From an uncultured Gemmatimonadales bacterium (GTDB lineage Bacteria; Gemmatimonadota; Gemmatimonadetes; Gemmatimonadales; GWC2-71-9), in contig CAWBMQ010000003.1 in NCBI GenBank assembly GCA_963789925.1, forward strand, positions 39,320-103,319: DNA of 64,000 nt, given 5' to 3'. Numbering within the stretch: position 1 is the stretch's first letter; each line of letters starts with the position of its first letter. The translations under genes were made by a program, and so were the position numbers. Below, piece by piece: positions 29,702 to 37,690 of this stretch. The notes under the pieces are model-generated. The model saw nothing but the letters and a program-made list of their open reading frames with translations. It was not told the DNA's origin and did not search any database.

Positions 29702-31090
29702 ATGAGAAATGTAGTCGCCCGAGCCCTCCCCACCGGAGAGGAGAGCCGGGCCCTCTTGCGCCTCGCCCTCCCCGTGGTGGTGGTGCAGGTCGGCATCATG
29801 GCGATGGGCGTGGTGGACACCGTCATGGTGGGTCACCTCTCCGCCACGGCGCTCGCCGCCGTAGCGCTCGGCAACCTCTACTTCTTCGGCTGCGCGATCC
29901 TTGGTATGGGCGCATTGATGGGCCTCGATCCGGTCGTGGCCCAGGCCGTCGGTGCCGGCGACCATCCGGCCGTCGCCCGTGGCGTACAGCGCGGCCTCAT
30001 CCTCGCCGCCATCATCTCAGTGCCGGCGGCGATCGTCCTGTTCTATGCAGAACCGGTGCTCCGCGCGCTGGGACAGCCCGCGGAGGTGGTCCCGTACGCC
30101 GGCGCGTACGCCCGCTGGACGGCGCCGAGCGTGCTGCCGCTCTACCTCTTCGTGGTGCTACGGCAAAGCCTGCAGGCGCTGCGGGCCATGCGCCCCATCC
30201 TCATCTGCATACTCGCCGGCAACATCATCAACGGCTTCTTCAACTGGGTGCTGATCTACGGCCATCTCGGGGCGCCGGCGCTTGGCGTCACCGGCTCGGC
30301 GGTGTCCACGACCATCGGCCGCTGGGCCCTGCCTTTCATGCTGCTCGCGCTGGCATGGCGGCAACTCGCGCCAGCACTGCGTCCCTTCCGGCACGAGGCG
30401 CTCGAACTGGCACCCCTTGGCCGGATGTTCCGTCTCGGCCTGCCGATCGGGATCCAGACCGCGCTCGAGTTCACGGCGTTCGGCGCGGTGGGCCTGATGA
30501 TGGGACGGCTCGGCACCGTTCCCGTGGCGGCGCACCAGGTCGCGATCAACATGGCATCGCTCACCTTCATGGTGCCGCTCGGCATGGGTCAGGCAGCCGC
30601 GGTGCTGGTGGGCCACGCCATCGGCGCCGCCGACCAGTTCAGCGCGCGCCGATCCGCGCGCGCCGCGGTGTTCTACGGGGTGGGGTTCATGGCGATCACC
30701 AGCATCGTCTTCCTGATCATTCCCACACCGCTCGCGCGGCTCTATACCACCGACGTTGCGACCATTGCGCTCGCGGCGACGCTGCTGCCCGTGGCTGGAG
30801 TATTCCAGCTCTTCGACGGTGCCCAGGCCGTCACCGCCGGCATCCTCCGGGGGGCGGGGGATACCCGCGTGCCCATGCTGATCAACCTGGGCGGCTTCTG
30901 GCTCTGCGGCATCCCCTTGAGCCTGCTGCTCGGCTTTGGCACGTCCATGGGGCCCGTAGGCCTGTGGTGGGGCCTTGCCCTGGCCCTTGCCGTCGTGGCC
31001 GCCATCCTCGCGATGCGGGTGTACACCCTGCTCCATCGCCCCATCACCCGGGTCATGATCGACCAGGTGCCGGCGGATTTGAGGGCGTAG
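29702..31090 (+). CDS. MATE-family efflux transporter
   Basis: Twelve-TM protein with a typical MATE opening LLRLALPVVVVQVGIMAMGVVDTVMVGHL and an internal repeat. Divergent from the ABC gene. The ORF opens at 29642; the ATG at 29702 is preferred. Confidence 0.9.
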   Translation: MRNVVARALPTGEESRALLRLALPVVVVQVGIMAMGVVDTVMVGHLSATALAAVALGNLYFFGCAILGMGALMGLDPVVAQAVGAGDHPAVARGVQRGLILAAIISVPAAIVLFYAEPVLRALGQPAEVVPYAGAYARWTAPSVLPLYLFVVLRQSLQALRAMRPILICILAGNIINGFFNWVLIYGHLGAPALGVTGSAVSTTIGRWALPFMLLALAWRQLAPALRPFRHEALELAPLGRMFRLGLPIGIQTALEFTAFGAVGLMMGRLGTVPVAAHQVAINMASLTFMVPLGMGQAAAVLVGHAIGAADQFSARRSARAAVFYGVGFMAITSIVFLIIPTPLARLYTTDVATIALAATLLPVAGVFQLFDGAQAVTAGILRGAGDTRVPMLINLGGFWLCGIPLSLLLGFGTSMGPVGLWWGLALALAVVAAILAMRVYTLLHRPITRVMIDQVPADLRA

Positions 31091-31100
31091 AAAACGAGAA

Positions 31101-31122
31101 GGGCGGACCTTTCGGCCCGCCC
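31101..31122 (-). terminator. Hairpin downstream of the G8-domain gene
   Basis: GGGCGGACC-tttc-GGCCCGCCC with one mismatch. On the minus strand it is followed by cttctcgttttc. Confidence 0.4.
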
Positions 31123-31169
31123 CCCTTCCTGTTCCCTCTTCCCTCTTCCCGCTGTTGCAGTGCCAGCCG

Positions 31170-33569
31170 CTACAGCGGCTCGATAAACATCGCCGCATAG
31201 TCCCGGTTCGCGTTCGTCACCAGCTTCAGGTGCACCATCCCCGTGCCGGCCTCATAGTACCAGGCCGCACCAGTTGCATTGTCCACCTCCGACACGCTGC
31301 CTGCCTGCACCAGCGGTGACCCAGAGTTGTAGTCGCGTATCACCCGGATGTTGCCCGTCGGGTAGGGCACTGTGATCCGCGCCCACTCACCCACCTGCGT
31401 GCGGTTGAGGAAGAAGCGCGGCTTGGGCGGCACTGCGCCGCCCCACGCCACCGTATAGCTCCGTCCCGGCACCGCCGTCGTGGTACCGGTCGTCAGCGTG
31501 CTCGGCACGCCCACCAGCGTCAGTGCGGCACCGTCGTCACGCGTCACGGTAAAGGGTCCTGCCGCCTCGGTGCCGTTGTTGTTGACCCGCAGGTTCACCC
31601 GCCGGCTGGTGCACACCCACGCGTTCCACGCCACGCGCTGCGTACAGGTGCCATCGAGCATGAACGGCACGTTCGCCACGACGAAGGCTCCCGCCGCGCC
31701 CGAGACCGAGCCGGTCGAGTCAAAGAATGCCGCTGCCTTGTCGCCATCGCGATCGGCATGCGGGTCCTCGAAGTACACCTCATTCGAGTTGATGAACGTG
31801 AGGTCGCGCGCAAAGTTGCCGGTGCTGATCGGGAATGAGTTGTTCCGGTTCTGGCCCAGGGCGCTCGACGGGATCGTTCCCAGCTTGGTGAAGTTGATGA
31901 ACTTCACGTTGTCGGCACCCACCCGACCGTCGTAGAACTCGTAACCGCGGTAGAAACCCAGCCCCGTACCCACGTTCTCACTCTCGCCGATGAAAGTGGA
32001 GTTCTGCACGAACGTCTCGTTTGCCGCGAAGGTGGCGCCGATGCCGTTGTCGGCGAGCACCGCGTTGGTGATGCGCTGGTTGCTGCCCCGGAGCCAGACA
32101 CCCCGACCCTGATTCTTCCACGCCCGCAACCCGGTGAAGTCGGCAATCACCGGTGGCGATTCGGCCGCCGGATCCTGCCGAGGCGAATAGTTCGTCACTT
32201 CCGTCGTGCCGTCCATCGTCGGGCCGTCGTCCACGTTGAGCCCCACCGACCGGTTCGAGTGCGCCACGTTGTCCCGGAACTCCCGGAGCGGCGTGCGCCG
32301 CGGCAGATCGGGTGCTCCAACCGAGAGACCGGTGGGTGATGCCGGGAACGCGCACCAGAAGCCGACGCCACGCGAGCCGGCCGCGACGTTCCCGCGATAG
32401 GTGTTGTCCGGGTTCGTGATCCAGTAGCTCGCCGGACGCGTGTCCGACGGCAGTACCGCCTCCCCGGAAGCCGGTGCACGCGCCGTCATGGCCAGGTTGT
32501 TGGTGAAGGTATTGCCCGACTCCGCGCCGTCCTCCAGGAAGAACCCATGGCCCAGGTGATCGTGGCATACGTTGCCGTCGGCGACCGCGTTGTCGGTGCC
32601 GTGTACCGTCAGGCAGCGATTGAAGCTCTTCCATACGGAGTTGTTGCGGAAATACTGTCCGTCCACCGCGCCCGCGAGGTGCCAGTGCATCGGATAGCGC
32701 GCCAGGCGCGACTTCTGGCCCATGCGCAGGAACGTGACGCCCTCCACGTGGGCCGTGGCGCCCTGCTCCACCTTCACGTGACCGCCGATTCCGGTCGCCA
32801 GTGATGCGCTGTCACCCTGGATCGTCACCACCCGTGTCAGCAGACCCACCTCGCCCCGTTCATCCAGTTGCACCCCGCCTACGGTCTGCATGACGCCCCA
32901 GTGTGCGTAGCGCAGCGGCGTGTCGATGCTCACCGACGTGCCGCTGATGGCGGTGATGGTGGCCTCCTCCGCCTGAAAGGGATCGAAGTCGGTCGAGGCC
33001 AGGACGATCCGGTCACCCACACGCCAGTTGGGCTGCTGCAACAGCGTGATCTGCGTCGCGCCCACCGCCGCCGTCGCCGCGAGCTTGGTCCACGCGAGCC
33101 TGGATTCGCCGTGCAGCTCCAGGCGCCCGCCCGGCAACACCCCGATCATCTTGTCACCGAAATTCAGGATCTCGCCGCTGCCGTCGCCAGTCAGCGTGAT
33201 CGTCGCCTTCCGCGAACGCTTCGCCAGCTCGGTGCCCACCTGGAGCGTCCCCGATACGACGACGTATCGTGTGGTGAGCGCGACGTCCATCGTCGGCGAG
33301 AAGGTGAGGGAACCATTGATCGTCAGGCCGCCGAGCGCCGGTGTGTCCATGTCGAGGAGCACGTCCTTGCCCGCCGGAATGACCACATCGGCACCCGCCA
33401 CGGGCACGGTGCCGCCCCACGTTGCCGGGTCCGACCATTTCGCATTGGCTGCGGGCGGCGGCGGATTGCCGTTGTCGCCGGGGTCCGGTTCCGACATGGA
33501 CGTACAGGCAGCAAGCGAAAGAAGCATGACGCCGGGAACTGCAGCGTAGAATGCACGGAACGATTGCAT
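31170..33569 (-). CDS. Secreted G8-domain / right-handed beta-helix protein (CEMIP/TMEM2-like)
   Basis: Lipobox LSLAAC. G8-type opening KWSDPATWGGTVPVAGADVVIPAGKDVLLD..LGGLTINGSLTF. Core text RLARYPMHWHLAGAVDGQYFRNNSVWKSFNRCLTVHGT.N..V..NV..D..GHGFFLEDG.E..N....NL. PbH1-like repeats follow. Confidence 0.8.
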   Translation of the reverse strand: MQSFRAFYAAVPGVMLLSLAACTSMSEPDPGDNGNPPPPAANAKWSDPATWGGTVPVAGADVVIPAGKDVLLDMDTPALGGLTINGSLTFSPTMDVALTTRYVVVSGTLQVGTELAKRSRKATITLTGDGSGEILNFGDKMIGVLPGGRLELHGESRLAWTKLAATAAVGATQITLLQQPNWRVGDRIVLASTDFDPFQAEEATITAISGTSVSIDTPLRYAHWGVMQTVGGVQLDERGEVGLLTRVVTIQGDSASLATGIGGHVKVEQGATAHVEGVTFLRMGQKSRLARYPMHWHLAGAVDGQYFRNNSVWKSFNRCLTVHGTDNAVADGNVCHDHLGHGFFLEDGAESGNTFTNNLAMTARAPASGEAVLPSDTRPASYWITNPDNTYRGNVAAGSRGVGFWCAFPASPTGLSVGAPDLPRRTPLREFRDNVAHSNRSVGLNVDDGPTMDGTTEVTNYSPRQDPAAESPPVIADFTGLRAWKNQGRGVWLRGSNQRITNAVLADNGIGATFAANETFVQNSTFIGESENVGTGLGFYRGYEFYDGRVGADNVKFINFTKLGTIPSSALGQNRNNSFPISTGNFARDLTFINSNEVYFEDPHADRDGDKAAAFFDSTGSVSGAAGAFVVANVPFMLDGTCTQRVAWNAWVCTSRRVNLRVNNNGTEAAGPFTVTRDDGAALTLVGVPSTLTTGTTTAVPGRSYTVAWGGAVPPKPRFFLNRTQVGEWARITVPYPTGNIRVIRDYNSGSPLVQAGSVSEVDNATGAAWYYEAGTGMVHLKLVTNANRDYAAMFIEPL

Positions 33570-33736
33570 ACTGACCTCGAGATGCGGGGTCGGTCTGTCC
33601 AAGACGCTGTGGCTGTATGACTTGGGAAACGCGACTGATCAGGAGGGCAAGATCGATGCTATCGCAGGCAGACTGCGGGATGATGCGAATGGTTTCAACA
33701 CTTTGACATACTGCAGATTTCGGCAGTGACTCGCGG

Positions 33737-34231
33737 TCAGTAGAGCCGCAGCCCCGTCGGTTGAACCTGTACTCCCTTGACCCATGCTCCCACCGGCACC
33801 GGCACCACGTTGTCGTTTCTCTTGGTGGCCTTCCGCACCTGGGGACCCCAGATCGATTCCGCGAGCGGCACGCCCGAGACCTCGATCGTACGGATTCGCC
33901 AACCCACGATGCCGGGCTGGACGAGGCTGACCGGCCCCACACCGGTCATCCTGGCGAACCCGAGCGCTGCCATCATCTCCATCCCCGGCACAGCCGACAA
34001 TCGCACATCGGCATCCATGCGAAGCTCGGTGCCCTGCGCGGAGAAGGCGACGTTCTTGACGTTCTCCTTCTGCGCCGGCGGCATCAGGGCGGCAATGACG
34101 GTGTTCACGCTGTCGTACGTGAGCGTCGTGGGCTTGCTGGGCGCGGTCTGCGCCGCCAGTGGCGACGCGAACACGGTCAATGCCGCGGCAAGCATGGTGA
34201 AGCCCGCCCTGCGCAACGTGACGTCCTTCAT
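33737..34231 (-). CDS. Secreted hypothetical protein (164 aa), last gene of the PQQ-dehydrogenase operon
   Basis: Signal peptide MKDVTLRRAGFTMLAAALTVFASPLAAQ. The ATG overlaps the upstream stop (ATGA at 34228-34231). Confidence 0.5.
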   Translation of the reverse strand: MKDVTLRRAGFTMLAAALTVFASPLAAQTAPSKPTTLTYDSVNTVIAALMPPAQKENVKNVAFSAQGTELRMDADVRLSAVPGMEMMAALGFARMTGVGPVSLVQPGIVGWRIRTIEVSGVPLAESIWGPQVRKATKRNDNVVPVPVGAWVKGVQVQPTGLRLY

Positions 34232-34620
34232 CGCTTCAACTCCATGTTCACGTCCAGCATCGCTCGCCAGAGCGGGTGTGGACGATGGTTTTCCCAGTAG
34301 TAGTAGTCTCCCAGCCGGGAGACATACAATGAAGGGGCGAATGGAAACACCAGCCCCTTCTCACGGCGCAACCTGGTCAGCTCCCTGGCAAACAGCAGCG
34401 TGTCGCCCGTCGCCGAATCGGGCAGCTGCCCCACGGCGCGGCCAGCGAGAAATCCCTGGGTCCACGCCACCCGCTGCGGCGCTTCCATCGTACCCCAGTC
34501 CTGGCCATCGAGATCGAACCACGACCGGTCCTGCCGTGCCCCCATGAATCCAGCCGTGAGCAGGGATCCGGCCATCACGCCCAGCGATGCAGCCACCCAG
34601 CCGCGTCGCACAAACGTCAC
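34228..34620 (-). CDS. Hypothetical membrane-anchored protein (about 130 aa)
   Basis: The GTG at 34620 overlaps the TGA of the cupredoxin gene (GTGA). N-terminal hydrophobic segment WVAASLGVMAGSLLTAGFMG. The ORF track shows a longer 34228-34719 version. Confidence 0.5.
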   Translation of the reverse strand: MTFVRRGWVAASLGVMAGSLLTAGFMGARQDRSWFDLDGQDWGTMEAPQRVAWTQGFLAGRAVGQLPDSATGDTLLFARELTRLRREKGLVFPFAPSLYVSRLGDYYYWENHRPHPLWRAMLDVNMELKR

Positions 34621-35159
34621 TTGAGCGTCGAGGTGAGCACTATCGCCGGCTCCTTCGCGGCCGGGTCGACCTTCATGTCGATGTACATGCCCGCCGGGGC
34701 ATGACCGGGTACGCCGCACATGATTCGGAAGGTTGCGTTCGGGGCGGCGGTGAAGCGCATGGTGTCCTTGCCACCCTGCGGCAGGCCCTCGAGCAGGTTG
34801 ATGGTGTATGCCCGAGGAATCGCGACCTGACCACCCATGTTCGGGATCGGTCCGGTGCCCGAGGCCACCTCGGCGCTGTGCGGCACGCCATCCTCGTTGA
34901 CGAACGGCATCACCACCGTTGCGCCGGCCGGTACCACCAGGGTCAGCTTGCCCTCAGTGAAGCCGTTGAAATTGAACGGACTCGCCGACGCGGGAACGCC
35001 GGCGATGAGCTGGAACGTCACCGTCTTGGTATCGGCGTTCCACTTGAGCCACGCTGGATCCGGAGTCTTCGTCGTCGCCTGTCCCTGGGAGTGGACCATG
35101 CCAGGGACAGTGACGAACACGAGAGCAGCAGCGGCGAGCGAGCGGTAAGTCATTGCCAA
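34617..35159 (-). CDS. Sulfocyanin-like blue (type 1) copper protein, secreted
   Basis: Signal peptide. Upstream His in NEDGVPHSAEV. C-terminal ligand loop IMCGVPGHAPAGMYI (Cys-x4-His-x4-Met), as in sulfocyanin-type cupredoxins. Confidence 0.75.
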   Translation of the reverse strand: MAMTYRSLAAAALVFVTVPGMVHSQGQATTKTPDPAWLKWNADTKTVTFQLIAGVPASASPFNFNGFTEGKLTLVVPAGATVVMPFVNEDGVPHSAEVASGTGPIPNMGGQVAIPRAYTINLLEGLPQGGKDTMRFTAAPNATFRIMCGVPGHAPAGMYIDMKVDPAAKEPAIVLTSTLK

Positions 35160-35242
35160 TCCTCATCATGTCGGTAAAACTCGTGAGCGGGAGCGCCTCG
35201 AGAGGCACTCCCGCCCACCAGCAGAGCAAGCGACCTGCCGAT

Positions 35243-35266
35243 ATTTACTTCTTCATTTACTTCTTC
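35243..35266. repeat. Perfect 12-nt tandem duplication spanning the PQQ-dehydrogenase stop codon
   Basis: The plus strand reads ATTTACTTCTTC twice (35243-35254 and 35255-35266). On the gene strand this is ...CCG AAG AAG TAA ATG AAG AAG TAA. Confidence 0.95.
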
Positions 35267-36915
35267 GGAAGCCCGAAGAACACGATCGTGTTGCCGAGCG
35301 GGTAATTGAGCTGATAGTTGCCGCCGCAGGCGACGCCGATCATCTGCTCACCCTTGTGCTTGAAGCTCATCGGGGCACTGTTGCAGCCGGCGCCCGCATT
35401 GAACGTCCAGAGCAGGTTGCCCGTCTTCGAGTCATAGGCGTTGAAGTTGCCGTTGCCCTCGCCGGTGAACGTCAGGCCACCAGCGGTCGAGAGCGCGCCA
35501 CCCATCATCGGCTGCGGCACCTTCTTCTGCCACGCAATCTTGCCGGTGGCGAGGTTCACGGCCGAGAAGAGGCCGTACTGCTCCTCGGTCGGGATCGCCA
35601 CGAAGGCGGAACCCAGCCAGAGGCGACCCTTCTCCCACGGCGCGTAGTTCGTGCGGTACCACATCGGCTGGTGCAGTGCGGCGACGTAGGCATAGCCCAG
35701 CGTCGGGTCGATCGAGATCGGCGACCACTCCGAGCCACCGTTGGCGCCGGGAAGCATCCGCGTGCCCTCGCCACCAGTCGGCAGCGCGAACATGTTCTCC
35801 TGCGGAACGAATGCATCCGACCGGCGCACCAGCTTGCCCGTCGCGGCATCGAGGACATAGACCCAGCCCGTCTTGCCGGCGTGGACAACGACCTTCTTGC
35901 CACCGACCGTCGCCACGACCGGCGGCGACACGGCATCGAGGTCCCACACGTCGTGCGGAACCGTCTGGTAGTACCACTTCGTCTTGCCGGTGGTGGCATC
36001 GATCGCCACGATGGCATCGGTGTAGAGGTTGTCGCCCGGGCGGATGCCGCCATCGAGGTCCGGGGACGGGTTGCCCACCGCGACGTAGATGGTCTTGCTC
36101 TCCGGGTCATACGCCGGCGTCATCCAGACACCGCCGCCGCCACGCGTCCAGGCATCGGCATTCTTCGCGCTGTCGCCCTTTTCCTTGGCGACGTCGCGAT
36201 GCAGGTCGGCGCCATCCGGCGTCTTGGCCGCCCAGGTGCCCCACCAGCCGTTCGGCGCCTTGTCGTCGAACGTCGGGTCGCCCTTCGGGGCCGGGATCGA
36301 GTACCAGCGCCACACCTGCTTGCCGGTCACGGCATCATACGCCGTCACATGGCCTCGGATGCCGTACTCGCCACCCGACACGCCGACGATGACGTTGTTG
36401 TCGATCACCAGCGGCGCGTGCGTGATGCTGTAGCCGTACGTCGGATCGGCCACCTCGATATCCCATACGACTTCGCCCGTCGCGCCATTCAAGGCGACCA
36501 GACGGGCGTCGAGGGTTCCCATGTACACGTGCGGGCCGTGCACACCGACGCCGCGATTGTTCGGGCCGCAGCAGTAGATCGTGGTGCCGAGCTTGTGCTC
36601 GTAGCGCCAGAGCTGCTTGCCGGTGGCGAGGTCGTACGCGATGGCCGTGTTGAACGGCGTCGTAACGAAGGCCTTGCCGCCCATGATGACCGGCGTGTTC
36701 TCGAACGAACCGAGCTTCGCGATGCCGGTCTGCAGCATGCCGCGCGGCACCAGTTTGGCGACATTGCTGGCATTGATTTCATTCAGACCGGAGTAACGCT
36801 GGTTCCACTGGTCTCCGCCATACGTGGTCCAGTCGTCTCCCGTCGGCTTCTGCGCGGCCGCGGTACCCGTAATCAGGCACAGCGCCGGCAACCAGCTGAA
36901 TCGACGAAAATTCAT
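35257..36915 (-). CDS. PQQ-dependent dehydrogenase, methanol/ethanol family (periplasmic quinoprotein)
   Basis: Signal peptide MNFRRFSWLPALCLITGTAAAQ. Opening DWTTYGGDQWNQRYSGLNEINASNVAKL. Vicinal disulfide YCCGPNNRG. GEYGIRGHVTAYD. PGDNLYTDAIVAIDATTGKTKWYYQTVPHDVWDLDA. The ORF opens at 37008; the ATG at 36915 gives the signal peptide. Confidence 0.9.
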   Translation of the reverse strand: MNFRRFSWLPALCLITGTAAAQKPTGDDWTTYGGDQWNQRYSGLNEINASNVAKLVPRGMLQTGIAKLGSFENTPVIMGGKAFVTTPFNTAIAYDLATGKQLWRYEHKLGTTIYCCGPNNRGVGVHGPHVYMGTLDARLVALNGATGEVVWDIEVADPTYGYSITHAPLVIDNNVIVGVSGGEYGIRGHVTAYDAVTGKQVWRWYSIPAPKGDPTFDDKAPNGWWGTWAAKTPDGADLHRDVAKEKGDSAKNADAWTRGGGGVWMTPAYDPESKTIYVAVGNPSPDLDGGIRPGDNLYTDAIVAIDATTGKTKWYYQTVPHDVWDLDAVSPPVVATVGGKKVVVHAGKTGWVYVLDAATGKLVRRSDAFVPQENMFALPTGGEGTRMLPGANGGSEWSPISIDPTLGYAYVAALHQPMWYRTNYAPWEKGRLWLGSAFVAIPTEEQYGLFSAVNLATGKIAWQKKVPQPMMGGALSTAGGLTFTGEGNGNFNAYDSKTGNLLWTFNAGAGCNSAPMSFKHKGEQMIGVACGGNYQLNYPLGNTIVFFGLPKK

Positions 36916-37092
36916 CTGTGGTGCACTCCCGTGATGTGGTGATGTTCGCCTGCGTAAGGATCGAACCCACGCCCGGCCCCGCTCCCCAACGGTTCCGGTT
37001 CCCTGCATTTTTTCTGATGATTGTGGTATTCAGGTGTACTTAAGATCCGGCTAGAACGCCCCGTGTCAAGATGCAGCATACTCCGGAGTCAC

Positions 37093-37626
37093 ATGCCTAA
37101 GGTTTTGTATCGCATACGATTCGGTCTCCCCCTGGTCGCCCTCATGGCCCTCGCCGTGTCTTCCCTCGGGGCCCAGGATGCCGGACTTCCGGCCTGGATC
37201 CATCCCGACCCCGCCGGAAAGTCAGTGTTGCTGGATCTCACGGTCACTCGCCCGGCCGGGGCCCCGAGCGCCGTGATCAGCGGGGAGCATGATGGGAGTA
37301 TCCAGGTCATCGTGCCGCGCGGCTGGACCATCAAGTGGCATTGGGTCAACCAGGACTCGACTGCCAGCCATAGCCTGGTGGTGGTTGCCGAGCGCGAGAA
37401 GCTGCCCCAGCAGGGAGGACAGGCGGTCTTCACCAACGCGATGACCCGGGCGGTGTTGCCCGGGCTGGCGGTGGGACGCACCGATGACACGTCCTTCGAG
37501 GCCGAGGACGGCGGATGGTTCTGGGTGATCTGCGGCGTGCCCGGGCATGCCATCGCGGGCGAGTGGATCAGCCTGAGGGTCGATCCGGCCGCAACAGAGG
37601 TCAGTGCGAAAAAGAAGGGCGCCTAG
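37093..37626 (+). CDS. Sulfocyanin-like cupredoxin paralog with Glu in place of the axial Met
   Basis: Signal peptide MPKVLYRIRFGLPLVALMALAVSSLGAQ. Upstream His in STASHSLVV. Ligand loop VICGVPGHAIAGEWI. Divergent from the PQQ dehydrogenase gene across a 177-nt spacer. Confidence 0.7.
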   Translation: MPKVLYRIRFGLPLVALMALAVSSLGAQDAGLPAWIHPDPAGKSVLLDLTVTRPAGAPSAVISGEHDGSIQVIVPRGWTIKWHWVNQDSTASHSLVVVAEREKLPQQGGQAVFTNAMTRAVLPGLAVGRTDDTSFEAEDGGWFWVICGVPGHAIAGEWISLRVDPAATEVSAKKKGA

Positions 37627-37690
37627 CGGACAGTGACACATCGAGGGCCACGGCGAGGTCGCCATGGCCCTCGACGTCAGAAATGACGCG

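Noticed and set aside
33695-33735. TTGACA hexamer on the + strand in the lower-GC spacer between the G8 gene and the PQQ operon.
   Set aside because: No + strand gene follows it, since both neighbours are on the minus strand. I could not pair it with a convincing -10 element.
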